A DNA stretch of 64,000 nucleotides from Escherichia phage HEMP5. This document shows positions 27,215-36,449 of this stretch, in pieces. Location of the stretch: sequence record OR424388.1; one strand, given 5' to 3'. The notes under the pieces are model-generated. The model saw only the letters and a list, made by a program, of their open reading frames with translations, did no database searches and was not told the origin of the DNA. Every line of letters begins with the position of its first letter. The stretch's first letter is position 1. Position numbers and translations under genes: made by a program.

Positions 27215-27684
27215 TTTAAACTCTTTCTAAGCTGCTTCTTAAATGAAGCTATTAATTGTGTTTTAGTGTCAGATTCATTATATTCAAATCCTCTTTGAAG
27301 CATCTCAGCCATCATTTCCTCTTTTCCTAAACGAGAAAATTCCTTTGATTTATCTCCAACAAAGTTAGGGTGAATATTATTTTGGGTGTAATCGGATTTT
27401 AAATAAGTAAGTAAATTTTCTAACCATTCAAGATAATCAACACCTTGCCCCTTTAAGCCAGAACGATTAAATTTATGTTTCATTTGACCTTCTGCGGCAT
27501 TGCAGAGATTACAAAGCAATCCACGTACCTTTCCTGCTTTTGGTCCATTTAATTCATGGTCATGATCAAGATGATTAGCTTGAACATCAGGATTTAGTTC
27601 TCGTTGGCAAATTAAGCATTTACCGTTTTGTGCATCATAAAATTTCTGTTTTTCTTCTTTGTATAATTTGCCAGTCAATAACAT
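27211..27684 (-). CDS. 49: Endonuclease VII (Holliday junction resolvase), gene 49
   Basis: 157 aa, MLLTGKLYKEEKQKFYDAQNGKCLICQRELNPDVQANHLDHDHELNGPKAGKVRGLLCNLCN... Matches T4 gp49. Confidence 0.96.
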   Translation of the reverse strand: MLLTGKLYKEEKQKFYDAQNGKCLICQRELNPDVQANHLDHDHELNGPKAGKVRGLLCNLCNAAEGQMKHKFNRSGLKGQGVDYLEWLENLLTYLKSDYTQNNIHPNFVGDKSKEFSRLGKEEMMAEMLQRGFEYNESDTKTQLIASFKKQLRKSLK

Positions 27685-27689
27685 AATAA

Positions 27690-27714
27690 ACCCTTACCTT
27701 AAATAGATAAGGGT
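27690..27714 (-). promoter_or_regulatory. Hairpin just upstream of the gene 49 start (candidate translational control element)
   Basis: Minus RNA ACCCUUA-(11 nt)-UAAGGGU, a 7-bp stem ending 5 nt before the AUG. T4 gene 49 is known to have an RBS-masking hairpin in early transcripts. Confidence 0.5.
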
Positions 27715-27725
27715 ATTTATTATTT

Positions 27726-28211
27726 TCAAGTATTGTAAAACATTTGATTCAATCGCTTATATTGCCGAATCTTTTGGTCAGAAAAAGAAATTTGGGTTTC
27801 AAGCCATTCAATATATTCTGCCGCAGCTTGCATCAAATTTCCTTCATAGCCATCGTTATTTTCTTGTGCAGCTAATTTAGCTAATGCATATGAAATACGT
27901 TCACCTTGAAAATCGGCTTTAGGCTTCTGAACAACTTGATTAGTTCGCTCTACAACTTCTTCAATTTCGCCATTTTCTACTGATTCAGTATTCCACAAGC
28001 ACCAATACGTAATTGGCTTATCGTAGATGTTAATAATCTTTCCATCAGAAAGTTCAATTTCAATAATTCCAGTATCAGGCTCTATATCATCTTCACATTC
28101 TTTTGCAAGTTCACGAACTTTAAAGACAGTACCTGCACTAAGTTCCGGCCAGTAATTACACAGCCCTGTATCAGCACGATTAATTCTAAACCACTTATCT
28201 ACTGTAATCAT
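27726..28211 (-). CDS. pin: PinA, inhibitor of host Lon protease
   Basis: ORF track 27726..28229. The ATG at 28211 (MITVDKWFRINRADTGLCNYWPEL...) gives 161 aa, as in T4 Pin. Confidence 0.88.
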   Translation of the reverse strand: MITVDKWFRINRADTGLCNYWPELSAGTVFKVRELAKECEDDIEPDTGIIEIELSDGKIINIYDKPITYWCLWNTESVENGEIEEVVERTNQVVQKPKADFQGERISYALAKLAAQENNDGYEGNLMQAAAEYIEWLETQISFSDQKIRQYKRLNQMFYNT

Positions 28212-28350
28212 GTCCCATCTCCATATCAATTAAGTCATTTATCGTTGGTTCATTATATATTGTTTCTTCATCAGTGTAAACCGGTTCTTCCGGCTCTGGC
28301 TCTACAGTTTCCCATCTAGCCGCCCACCAAGGTTTTATAGCGTAATCCAT
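28195..28350 (-). CDS. Possible small acidic protein (51 aa)
   Basis: Hand translation MDYAIKPWWAARWETVEPEPEEPVYTDEETIYNEPTINDLIDMEMGHDYSR. Overlaps both neighbours by a few codons and fills a gap that is otherwise non-coding. Confidence 0.45.
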   Translation of the reverse strand: MDYAIKPWWAARWETVEPEPEEPVYTDEETIYNEPTINDLIDMEMGHDYSR

Positions 28351-28655
28351 TCTCGTACTGTCTGAGTTACTACACGTTCATGGGGCTCGACTAGTTCAAC
28401 AGTCGGAACTGCATAATACCAGTCAGAATGATAAGAACCTGACCGAGATTCATTTACAGCCACATGTACATTATGTTTTGGACTAAAGTAAACACACTGA
28501 CGATATTGACATTTACCATCTTGCACCCAGTCTTCTATTTCGACAGGTTTAAGATAATCGGAAAAATCGAAATCATAGTTTTCCGAAAATGCATCATGGT
28601 CTTCAATGATTTCGCTCAGAACTGCATCAACATCTAATTTATTTTCAATAGTCAT
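28335..28655 (-). CDS. Hypothetical protein (106 aa)
   Basis: ORF track. Confidence 0.75.
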   Translation of the reverse strand: MTIENKLDVDAVLSEIIEDHDAFSENYDFDFSDYLKPVEIEDWVQDGKCQYRQCVYFSPKHNVHVAVNESRSGSYHSDWYYAVPTVELVEPHERVVTQTVREWITL

Positions 28656-28665
28656 TTTTCACCAA

Positions 28666-28836
28666 TTAATTTCGCAATTTATTAAGTTCTTCATCATCAA
28701 TCCAGGATTCTAGTCCTGATGGCAGGTCACATTCAATTTCCCAAAGAAGTTCTTCAATTTTCTGAAGACGATCTAGTTCTTCGGCTGGAATAGTAACCAT
28801 TGACGGAGCTCGTGATACATTAATATCGTAAATCAT
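28666..28836 (-). CDS. Hypothetical acidic protein (56 aa)
   Basis: ORF track 28666..28875. The ATG at 28836 lies just after the upstream stop (MIYDINVSRAPSMVTIPAEELDRL...). Confidence 0.6.
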   Translation of the reverse strand: MIYDINVSRAPSMVTIPAEELDRLQKIEELLWEIECDLPSGLESWIDDEELNKLRN

Positions 28837-28838
28837 AT

Positions 28839-29054
28839 TTACCCCAGTTTGACCATGCAATCGCCGTATTTCCACTTAGAAATAGACTTTTCGCCATTAG
28901 AATAATAAACTTCGAGTTTAGCACGATTATTTTTAATTTGAATAACCTTGGCTGTCATCAAAGTTCCATACCCATAATAAACTGCAACTTCATCACCTAC
29001 ATATACCGCGCTTCCGCGGTAATCATGAATATAGTCAGTTCCTTCGAGCATCAT
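28839..29054 (-). CDS. Hypothetical protein (71 aa)
   Basis: ORF track. ATG overlaps the nrdC stop. Confidence 0.7.
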   Translation of the reverse strand: MMLEGTDYIHDYRGSAVYVGDEVAVYYGYGTLMTAKVIQIKNNRAKLEVYYSNGEKSISKWKYGDCMVKLG

Positions 29055-29314
29055 TTAAAATATTCTCGCAGTTGGTCAAATCCACCAATATGACTTCCAT
29101 TAGGAGCAAATACCTGAGGCATTGTCAAGCCGATTTGAGTATCACGACCTAGTTTAGTCAGAAGCTCAGCGATTTTCTCATCATCAAAAACACCTTTTTC
29201 CGGCATAATGTTGATAAATTCAAACGGCTGTTTCTTCACAGTCAAAAGACGTTTTGCATTATCGCAATACACGCATTTATGAATGTTGCTATCATAACCA
29301 TATACTTTAAACAT
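29051..29314 (-). CDS. nrdC: Phage thioredoxin/glutaredoxin
   Basis: 87 aa, MFKVYGYDSNIHKCVYCDNAKRLL... with CVYC active site. Matches T4 NrdC. Confidence 0.96.
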   Translation of the reverse strand: MFKVYGYDSNIHKCVYCDNAKRLLTVKKQPFEFINIMPEKGVFDDEKIAELLTKLGRDTQIGLTMPQVFAPNGSHIGGFDQLREYFK

Positions 29315-29315
29315 A

Positions 29316-29558
29316 TTATTCCTTAATTCCTAGTACTTGTTTAAAAGTCTCGTCGTAATCAAGACTTTGGCCCGTTTGTTCTTTATGTTTGTATATAATA
29401 TCACTTACTTCTGATAGCATATTTTTATATGAACGAGTTAAAGCAGATTTAAGCACGCTGTATCTATCAGGAAATTTACCGTGTTCATTATAATAAGCTA
29501 TTGCTAATTCACGGACTGCCTTTTCAGCAGCCTCCATATATTCTTTACGCTTGGTCAT
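29316..29558 (-). CDS. nrdC.1: Conserved hypothetical protein (80 aa)
   Basis: ORF track. Symbol assigned by ordinal synteny: exactly 11 ORFs follow nrdC, as in T4. Confidence 0.75.
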   Translation of the reverse strand: MTKRKEYMEAAEKAVRELAIAYYNEHGKFPDRYSVLKSALTRSYKNMLSEVSDIIYKHKEQTGQSLDYDETFKQVLGIKE

Positions 29559-29560
29559 TT

Positions 29561-29950
29561 TTAATCCAAAATATTATTAGGCATTGGTTGAACACTCACA
29601 AGTTCTTTAAAGAACTCAGTAGAGTCAGGCAATTTAACCATTTCCGGAGCATGCTTACTGAATTTATGTTTACATTGACGGCATTTATATTCAAGCTCTG
29701 GTTTACGCCAGTTAATCAACTGAACTTGTTCAGTACCGCATTCAGGGCAATTAGGAACGTTTTTAGAAGCTCTTTCACGTCGTTCAACCATAGCCATAAT
29801 AGCATCCCATGCTGGAGGTTTAAAATCTAAATCGTCGCAGCCGTGAATCTTTCCACGCATTTCCATATCATCTTCCTCACCAGCCATAATAATTTTAATT
29901 AAACTGGAATTACTTGAAGCTGCAATGTCTTCTAATAAACGCTTTTTCAT
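29561..29950 (-). CDS. nrdC.2: Conserved hypothetical zinc-ribbon protein (129 aa)
   Basis: ORF track. CPECG...CRQC four-cysteine ribbon. Confidence 0.78.
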   Translation of the reverse strand: MKKRLLEDIAASSNSSLIKIIMAGEEDDMEMRGKIHGCDDLDFKPPAWDAIMAMVERRERASKNVPNCPECGTEQVQLINWRKPELEYKCRQCKHKFSKHAPEMVKLPDSTEFFKELVSVQPMPNNILD

Positions 29951-30876
29951 TTCAATACCTCAATAGCATTACGTAAACCATTTGCTTTTGCATTAAGAGC
30001 TTTTAACAATTTGGTGTGTTCTGCAATTTGGGCTTCAACTTCAATCAAACGGGCATTGAGATATTCACGTTCTTCACTCAGATTATCAACCTTTTCTACT
30101 TTAGGCTCTTTTACAACTGTCTTATATGTATTAGGGTTCTTCAGTTTAATTAGAATGCGTGAACTGTATAACATTGAACCATTATCTTCGGTTTCGTCAT
30201 ACATTTCCACTACGTCCATAATTTTTAACATCATGCGGAGTTTATAAGACAACGAACGAATAGTTTTGTTGTGCTTATTAATTTCTTTAGCTGTCATGGT
30301 GCCAAGATTACGTGAGTAATAATAAGGAACCTGGATATTAATTAATACTGATGAACCACCTGGCTTGTGTGTTACTTCATCAGCAATAACCCAGTCCTTA
30401 ACATGAACTGTATTTGTACGGTCATCGCCCGCGGTAAATAGTTTGCGAGCATGCTTAAAAAGCATATTCACTTGGTCATTGAATTGACAAGCAAATTTAT
30501 CAGCAAATTTAGTTTCAGGAATGGTAGAAAACCAATCAGCCAAATGAGTCTTTTTAACATCATTAACAATAGTAAATTCAACCAAATCGGTTATAGATGT
30601 CTCAGATTTAATGAAGCTCGGCTTCATAAAGTTTTTAATGTTCTCATGAGCTACAGTAGAAGATAACATACGAGAACGTTTAAACCATTCAAGCAAATTG
30701 CCTAACGAATGAGAATAAGCGTTTTGAGTATCTTTACAGATATGATTTTCCTGACCAACATATTGAAGGAAATCACGAAGAATATTATTGATTACTGCTC
30801 TGTGCCCGATCTGATAATTACGGTGTTTAGTAATAAGACTGTCAAAATAATCAATATAATGTTTACGAGTTTTCAT
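29947..30876 (-). CDS. nrdC.3: Member 1 of a four-gene tandem paralog family, C-terminal coiled coil (309 aa)
   Basis: ORF track. Shares its architecture with the next three genes. Ends ...[20 protein letters not shown]. Confidence 0.82.
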   Translation of the reverse strand: MKTRKHYIDYFDSLITKHRNYQIGHRAVINNILRDFLQYVGQENHICKDTQNAYSHSLGNLLEWFKRSRMLSSTVAHENIKNFMKPSFIKSETSITDLVEFTIVNDVKKTHLADWFSTIPETKFADKFACQFNDQVNMLFKHARKLFTAGDDRTNTVHVKDWVIADEVTHKPGGSSVLINIQVPYYYSRNLGTMTAKEINKHNKTIRSLSYKLRMMLKIMDVVEMYDETEDNGSMLYSSRILIKLKNPNTYKTVVKEPKVEKVDNLSEEREYLNARLIEVEAQIAEHTKLLKALNAKANGLRNAIEVLK

Positions 30877-30928
30877 ATTCTTCTCACTTGGTTAATGGTT
30901 TATACTCCGAGCCATCCTTGGCTTTAAA

Positions 30929-31930
30929 TTACTTAATTAACTGTAAAGCTTGTTCAAGACGATCAAGACGATTAACGGATTCTTCCCAAATCTTTTTAGC
31001 CTGCTCATATTCTTTCTGCGCTTTATTAGAAATTTCTAGAACTTCTTTATAAGCTTTTTCTAGTGCAATAACTTCTGGACGAATTTCTACTGGTTCAGGC
31101 GAATCGTCAAGACATTCCATTAGTTCCTCGAGGGTAGTTTCTTCTTTAGGAGTATTCACAATTTCATCACATTTTTGTTGGTAAATTTCTTTATCAGTCG
31201 GTGAGTACGCACACTTTACTCCACGGAGACTAACTACAATTTTATATCCTTCCCAACCGCATATATTCTTAAAAGGATAAGTATGAATATTTTCTACTGT
31301 TTCCATACAAAGTAATGCGGTCTCTAACTGACGAGTTATATCGCTAGCAATTGAGAAAAATTTATTAATGTTCTTTTGATTAGCTTCTGGTGTAAAAAAT
31401 TCATAATTCACAAAAATAGCTGCTTTATTTTTATCAAGCTCATATTCTTTTATGATAATCATATCAGAAGCCCAAGGATGGATTTGACGATAATCACCAT
31501 AGCATAATTTAGAAGCTGATTTTAGAATTTGCTTCTTGAAAAGTCTAAAATTACTAATCCAACGACGAGTAAAAATATTCTCAGGGTCTTCTTTATTATT
31601 AAGATGATAAGAATTAACATCACCGAACCAACTGTATCCTACTACATCTTTAGTTCGTTTAATTTCTTTCCCAAATTTACCAAGAATATCTTGATTAACT
31701 AAATATGAAAGAAGACGAGAACCTTTAAAAGTTTCCTTAATATCATCTTTATATTCGCGACTAGAAATTTTATGAACTTCATGAATAAATTTGCTTGAAG
31801 AAACAATACTTGCATCAATATTATTGAGCCATTGATTGATAATGGAAATAACACTATTCTGACTAAACACAGGTTTAACTTTATCATCAATAACGCTATT
31901 GAATGATTTGATATATTCGTTACGAGTCAT
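30929..31930 (-). CDS. nrdC.4: Member 2 of the tandem paralog family (333 aa)
   Basis: ORF track 30929..31981. The ATG at 31930 follows GAGGAGATTAAT and an early promoter (MTRNEYIKSF...). Confidence 0.82.
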   Translation of the reverse strand: MTRNEYIKSFNSVIDDKVKPVFSQNSVISIINQWLNNIDASIVSSSKFIHEVHKISSREYKDDIKETFKGSRLLSYLVNQDILGKFGKEIKRTKDVVGYSWFGDVNSYHLNNKEDPENIFTRRWISNFRLFKKQILKSASKLCYGDYRQIHPWASDMIIIKEYELDKNKAAIFVNYEFFTPEANQKNINKFFSIASDITRQLETALLCMETVENIHTYPFKNICGWEGYKIVVSLRGVKCAYSPTDKEIYQQKCDEIVNTPKEETTLEELMECLDDSPEPVEIRPEVIALEKAYKEVLEISNKAQKEYEQAKKIWEESVNRLDRLEQALQLIK

Positions 31931-31958
31931 ATTAATCTCCTCAGTAGAAAGTAAGAAC

Positions 31959-31988
31959 ATTATACCACATCCTTGTGGCAAAGTAAAC
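31959..31988 (-). promoter_or_regulatory. T4-type early promoter
   Basis: Minus strand GTTTAC-N17-(G)GTATAAT. The -35 element overlaps the stop of the upstream gene. Confidence 0.75.
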
Positions 31989-33007
31989 TAGTTTAGTGCA
32001 TTTAGTGCATTGTTCAGTTTAGAACGTTGCTTCGTAAGATTTTTGACTTTTTCTTGAGCTTTTTCTAGCATCTTTTCAGCTTCTAACACTTCATTAGTTG
32101 CTTTAACGAGTTCATCATCTACTGCCTTGATAGACTTCTCAATCGCATCCGCGTGCCATTTTTCAACAGGTTTAAAACTCGGATTTTCAACAGGAAGAAA
32201 ATTCACTTTATTGAATTTCCATGTATCTTTATTACCTGAACTATACATCCAAAATTTAGGATCGTTTGATGAGTAATTGGATAAATTTAAGATATCTTGC
32301 ACTTCCTGCTTTTTCTCTTGCGGGACTTCGTCCTTTCTCAAAAAATCGTATTTAAATGAAACGATCATATCAAGTTCATACGTTGTTGTATGTTCCCAAT
32401 TTCGCTCAAAATGAGGTAAAATCTTAGACTGAACCGCGGCAACTACATCCATATACTTAAATGCTTCTGTCAACTGTGATTTAAGGCATTCACAAATTGA
32501 AAGAGAATTTTTTGTATTAGGTTTAAAGCTAATTCGTGCAGTTCTGTTATTTTCTTTTAATGGTCTTACTTCCATCTGAAGAGTATAACCATCAAATTTC
32601 AGATTCTTTAAGTTAATATCAGAACCTTTTAATCGACTAGCCGTCGACAAAATTTGCTTTAATTGTTTACGGAATAGAGCAATAAATCTCCACTCAATAC
32701 GATAATGATTTGGATTGAAAAATCCAGATGATAAATCGACCTTACTCTGACCAACACCTTGAACAAATAGAGGATTTTTATAATCAATAGTTTTACAGAA
32801 ATCAGTGAGCTGCTCACGAGCAGTCATTTGTGTAATATACCCCGCTTTACTAAAATGACGTAATAATTCACTGCTATTTAGATATTTAAAGTGAATAGCA
32901 CGATTAACTTTATCAGGGTCTAAATTATTTTCACACAAAAATGTCATAACATTACGAGTATCGCTGCCAGTACGAACCATATCTTCAATTTGAGAACGAG
33001 TTTTCAT
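31988..33007 (-). CDS. nrdC.5: Member 3 of the tandem paralog family (339 aa)
   Basis: ORF track. Ends ...KVKNLTKQRSKLNNALNALN. Confidence 0.82.
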   Translation of the reverse strand: MKTRSQIEDMVRTGSDTRNVMTFLCENNLDPDKVNRAIHFKYLNSSELLRHFSKAGYITQMTAREQLTDFCKTIDYKNPLFVQGVGQSKVDLSSGFFNPNHYRIEWRFIALFRKQLKQILSTASRLKGSDINLKNLKFDGYTLQMEVRPLKENNRTARISFKPNTKNSLSICECLKSQLTEAFKYMDVVAAVQSKILPHFERNWEHTTTYELDMIVSFKYDFLRKDEVPQEKKQEVQDILNLSNYSSNDPKFWMYSSGNKDTWKFNKVNFLPVENPSFKPVEKWHADAIEKSIKAVDDELVKATNEVLEAEKMLEKAQEKVKNLTKQRSKLNNALNALN

Positions 33008-33015
33008 GGTGTTCC

Positions 33016-33903
33016 TTAAGATTTAAGTAAATCAACAATTTTAATTAACTTTTCACGCTCAGATTTAGCTTTACTACTCAGTCCAGATAGTCTGAAAATT
33101 TCATCATCATATTGTTGAATAGAAATATTCAGCTCTTCAATCTGTTTATTAAAATAATCAATTTGTTCAGAATGTTTTTCGTTACTACGAACTGGTACAG
33201 GTTTTGTAGGCAATTTAGTTGAACTGGATTCATCCGGGCGATAAATTAAAACACAACTTGAACCAATAGGGCATTTTGCACCAGATGAATATTCTAATGT
33301 TCCAGCTTCTTTTAAAACTTCAAAAGCTAAACAGAGATGATGCCCCATATTAACATAATCTGTAGAGCGAGCTCTGATGTAATAATCATCGCCGCGAATA
33401 CTAAATTTAAAGCATTTAAGGTCTTCTGTATTATTGGTCTTAAAAATCATTTGTTTATCTAGACCTTTAGCTAATCGAGCGCCTAATGCTAATAATCGTC
33501 TTTGATTTTCCCACAAATCCGCAATCATTTGATCGAATGATAATTTTGGCATTAGTCGACCATAAAGGTCATATCCTTTATTATAATTACGAAGGATTTC
33601 ACTCGCATTAATACGAGACAATGCTCCAATTTTATTAAGGGCTTTCATAATGCGATTAGATAAACTCATTCCAGATCCGTTTGTTCGCTGCAAATGTTTT
33701 TCTAATCCAAATCCAATATCAACTTTAAACTTATCTAAAATTTCTGCATGAACATCTCTGTCAATAACATTCAAATCCAAAGTTGAGTTAAATCTATGAA
33801 AAAATTTATCTGGCTCTGCACTGCGAAATACAGTCCATTCATTTAATTTTTTATTAACTAAAGATTTAATTACTGCATTGACATTATTAATTACTACTGA
33901 CAT
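33016..33903 (-). CDS. nrdC.6: Member 4 of the tandem paralog family (295 aa)
   Basis: ORF track 33016..33924 begins at a TTG. The ATG at 33903 follows GTGAGGAAAAT (MSVVINNVNAVIKS...). Confidence 0.8.
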   Translation of the reverse strand: MSVVINNVNAVIKSLVNKKLNEWTVFRSAEPDKFFHRFNSTLDLNVIDRDVHAEILDKFKVDIGFGLEKHLQRTNGSGMSLSNRIMKALNKIGALSRINASEILRNYNKGYDLYGRLMPKLSFDQMIADLWENQRRLLALGARLAKGLDKQMIFKTNNTEDLKCFKFSIRGDDYYIRARSTDYVNMGHHLCLAFEVLKEAGTLEYSSGAKCPIGSSCVLIYRPDESSSTKLPTKPVPVRSNEKHSEQIDYFNKQIEELNISIQQYDDEIFRLSGLSSKAKSEREKLIKIVDLLKS

Positions 33904-33910
33904 ATTTTCC

Positions 33911-34318
33911 TCACTCAATTTCAATTTTACTAAATATACAGAATAAGATGGAACAGACTATATAAGCACCACACACAGATTGAACTAATACCATTCCAAA
34001 GAACCAAACAATATTATCAAACAATGTCTGTTTTACGTCGAAAGGACGTAAACTTACAGTAATATTATCACCTTTTTCTATTGAAGAATACATCTCTGGG
34101 GAAATATATTCACTAAATCTATAACCATCTTTGAGTTCATATACGGCAATAAACGATAAACTAGACCCTTTTCCTTGTGTTCCTGTAATGGTATTAACTA
34201 CAGTAACATCATAATCTTTATAATGCATATAATCATTAATTGCGTAATAACCATATGCAATTACTACACATAAACAACATATCAATAAATTCAATCTTTT
34301 AATTATCAACTGTTTCAT
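33911..34318 (-). CDS. nrdC.7: Membrane protein (135 aa)
   Basis: ORF track. N-terminal and C-terminal transmembrane segments. Confidence 0.78.
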   Translation of the reverse strand: MKQLIIKRLNLLICCLCVVIAYGYYAINDYMHYKDYDVTVVNTITGTQGKGSSLSFIAVYELKDGYRFSEYISPEMYSSIEKGDNITVSLRPFDVKQTLFDNIVWFFGMVLVQSVCGAYIVCSILFCIFSKIEIE

Positions 34319-34373
34319 AATAATCTCAATTAAAAGGGCTTAGAACCATTATACCATCCTTGGTATAAAGCGG

Positions 34374-34901
34374 TTATGCGAGTACCGTCTTTAACCGTTC
34401 TTCAAACTTCCGAAGAGTATTTTGGCGTTCAGCTCTTTGCTTTTTGTAAGTTTCAATACGCTCTGAAATGAGAGTGTATCGTTCATTTACTGATTCTTTC
34501 ATAAAATCAGGAATTTCACGAGAAGCTTTAATCTCGTCAAATTTATCAATAACAGCTTGCTCTTCAGCAATTAAGTTATCATACATTAAAATATCTTTCT
34601 TGATAAACTCAATATCTTCTTGAGTTACACGAGATAATTTAGATGCTTTATCCTTTTTGTACTGTTCGTTAGTATCACGAGACCAGTGTAATGTACGATT
34701 TTTATTCGTATTTTTGTAAATTTCTACAATACCGATCTCATCGATAATAACGATCCAATTCCAACGGGATTTGTAAATTTGTCCTCCATCAACAGTGATT
34801 TCACCTCCGATTGAGATGTCATTAAAGAACTTGCTTTGCGCTTCAGATTTAAATTTACCATCGTTGTAATTTACTAAGTTGAAAATATCTTTAGCGTTCA
34901 T
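34374..34901 (-). CDS. nrdC.8: Conserved hypothetical protein (175 aa)
   Basis: ORF track. GGAGGAACAGAAA Shine-Dalgarno after an early promoter. Confidence 0.8.
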   Translation of the reverse strand: MNAKDIFNLVNYNDGKFKSEAQSKFFNDISIGGEITVDGGQIYKSRWNWIVIIDEIGIVEIYKNTNKNRTLHWSRDTNEQYKKDKASKLSRVTQEDIEFIKKDILMYDNLIAEEQAVIDKFDEIKASREIPDFMKESVNERYTLISERIETYKKQRAERQNTLRKFEERLKTVLA

Positions 34902-34929
34902 TTTCTGTTCCTCCGTAGTTGATAGTTGT

Positions 34930-34959
34930 ATAGTACCACAGAGGAACAGTCTTGTAAAC
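34930..34959 (-). promoter_or_regulatory. T4-type early promoter (cassette family)
   Basis: Minus strand GGTTTACA-N17-GGTACTATACAACTATCAACTACGGAGG. Confidence 0.78.
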
Positions 34960-34961
34960 CA

Positions 34962-35264
34962 CTAAAAGAAACTTCTTTCACAATTTTTTCCACTGAACCA
35001 TGCGCTTACCGCTTTCTTAGTCTCAGGAGCAGTGTTATCCATAAACCATTCAAAGGCAGCCTTTTTATGATTCTGGAGGGCTTCTCGGGCTTTAATCTGC
35101 TCACGGTCTATTAACACTAACATATGAGCCTTTCTTGTCACCATGGGCTTCTTATGATTTTTTGAATACTCCCAGTCATTTGTCCATCGCATTGTCGTTG
35201 CGAACTTAAATACTGCTTCTTTAATTTTAGTTTCGTAAATTTCACGAGCCTTTGAGTATAACAT
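34962..35264 (-). CDS. nrdC.9: Conserved hypothetical protein (about 100 aa)
   Basis: ORF track 34962..35276. The ATG at 35264 has the best spacing from the GGAGG. Start uncertain by 4 codons. Confidence 0.72.
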   Translation of the reverse strand: MLYSKAREIYETKIKEAVFKFATTMRWTNDWEYSKNHKKPMVTRKAHMLVLIDREQIKAREALQNHKKAAFEWFMDNTAPETKKAVSAWFSGKNCERSFF

Positions 35265-35365
35265 CATTACCTCCATTCACCAGTTTAATTCTAGTCATCT
35301 TTTTAATGGCAGTCCATATAATCTATTTCTGAACTGCCTTTTTGTCATAGAAGTCCTCTTATGAA

Positions 35366-36334
35366 TTATTTCAGAAGAGTAACCTCAGCAATTTCTTCCC
35401 AACCGTTTTTGTCGGTCATAATAAAGTCAGCAAGATAAAGAGCAGTACGCAGTGAAACATTGCGTAAACGATTAACATTAACTTTCATCCATGATAATGC
35501 TTTATAAGTTTCTTCATCAGAAAGACCGCGCTTTTGCATCATGTCAGTTGAAAGAATAACATCTTCAACCCTGACCATAATTTCTTCATTAGTGTGAACA
35601 CCCAAATCCAAATAAACCGAGCGGGACACTAATGCTTGTAAATGTGGAGCAAGTTTAGTACCACGGTCTAATTCGCGGTCAATGTCAACGTTTGTGATAA
35701 AAACAATCGTTCCTTTAAATTCAAACTCACGCTCAATGCCTTTTTCTTCTAAGTAAGAAGACGCAGTGCTCCAGCAGACTTTACGGGTCTCTCCGGTGTC
35801 CAGAGCAGCTTTCAGAAGATTAAGAATGTCCATATCAGAGAAAACATCCACATCATCAATCAAAAGGACAGAATTCTCTTCACGATTATTCCAAAGCTGT
35901 TCATAAAGACCAATACCAGAGATTTTACCATTAATGCTTTTATATTCAATGTATCCAATATCATTTGCTTTATTTAAAGCTTTATCTAAAGAATACGTTT
36001 TACCAATGCCTGCCGCACCAGAGATAATTAATGAACGAATGTTTCCGTTAATAATACCATTCGTCATCATTCCCATAACATTAAATCTTTTATTAATGCG
36101 GGTTTTCATATCTTCATACGATTCTTTAACTTCTTCAACTTTTACACCATCATATGAAATGTCTGATTTGTAAACCCAAACACCGCGACGTTTACCGTCA
36201 ATTTCAACAAAAACTTTACCATCTCCTTGTGCATCTACTGGAGCATTATCTGGGAACCATTCGCCTAAGAGCTCAAAAGTTCCAGAGATTTCTTTACCGA
36301 AGTAGATACCCTTATTGATAGTTACAGTTTTCAT
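35366..36334 (-). CDS. nrdC.10: AAA+/P-loop ATPase (322 aa)
   Basis: ORF track 35366..36478, but its first 48 codons are promoter and leader. The ATG at 36334 gives MKTVTINKG... Walker A GAAGIGKT, Walker B VLLIDDVD. Confidence 0.85.
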   Translation of the reverse strand: MKTVTINKGIYFGKEISGTFELLGEWFPDNAPVDAQGDGKVFVEIDGKRRGVWVYKSDISYDGVKVEEVKESYEDMKTRINKRFNVMGMMTNGIINGNIRSLIISGAAGIGKTYSLDKALNKANDIGYIEYKSINGKISGIGLYEQLWNNREENSVLLIDDVDVFSDMDILNLLKAALDTGETRKVCWSTASSYLEEKGIEREFEFKGTIVFITNVDIDRELDRGTKLAPHLQALVSRSVYLDLGVHTNEEIMVRVEDVILSTDMMQKRGLSDEETYKALSWMKVNVNRLRNVSLRTALYLADFIMTDKNGWEEIAEVTLLK

Positions 36335-36368
36335 TTTATTCTCCAAATCCGTATCAGTTGATAGTTGT

Positions 36369-36398
36369 ATAGTACCATAAAGCTTTATGCTTGTAAAC
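36369..36398 (-). promoter_or_regulatory. T4-type early promoter (cassette family)
   Basis: Minus strand TTTTTTCACAAAATTGTTTACA-N17-GGTACTATACAACTATCAACTGATACGGATTTGGAGAATAAAATG. Near-identical to the copy at 9774-9860. Confidence 0.8.
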
Positions 36399-36420
36399 AA
36401 TTTTGTGAAAAAATTTTTGA

Positions 36421-36448
36421 AATAAAAAAGGGAGCCCGAAGGCTCCCT
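36421..36448 (-). terminator. Intrinsic terminator with UUCG loop after nrdC.11
   Basis: Minus RNA AGGGAGCC-UUCG-GGCUCCCU followed by UUUUUAUU, 1 nt after the stop. Confidence 0.8.
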
Positions 36449-36449
36449 A

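Noticed and set aside
34348-34369. Possible promoter TGGTATAAT upstream of nrdC.7
   Set aside because: It has a good extended -10, but no acceptable -35 at a 17-nt spacing (the TTTATA is only 10 nt away). Support is too weak to list as a feature.
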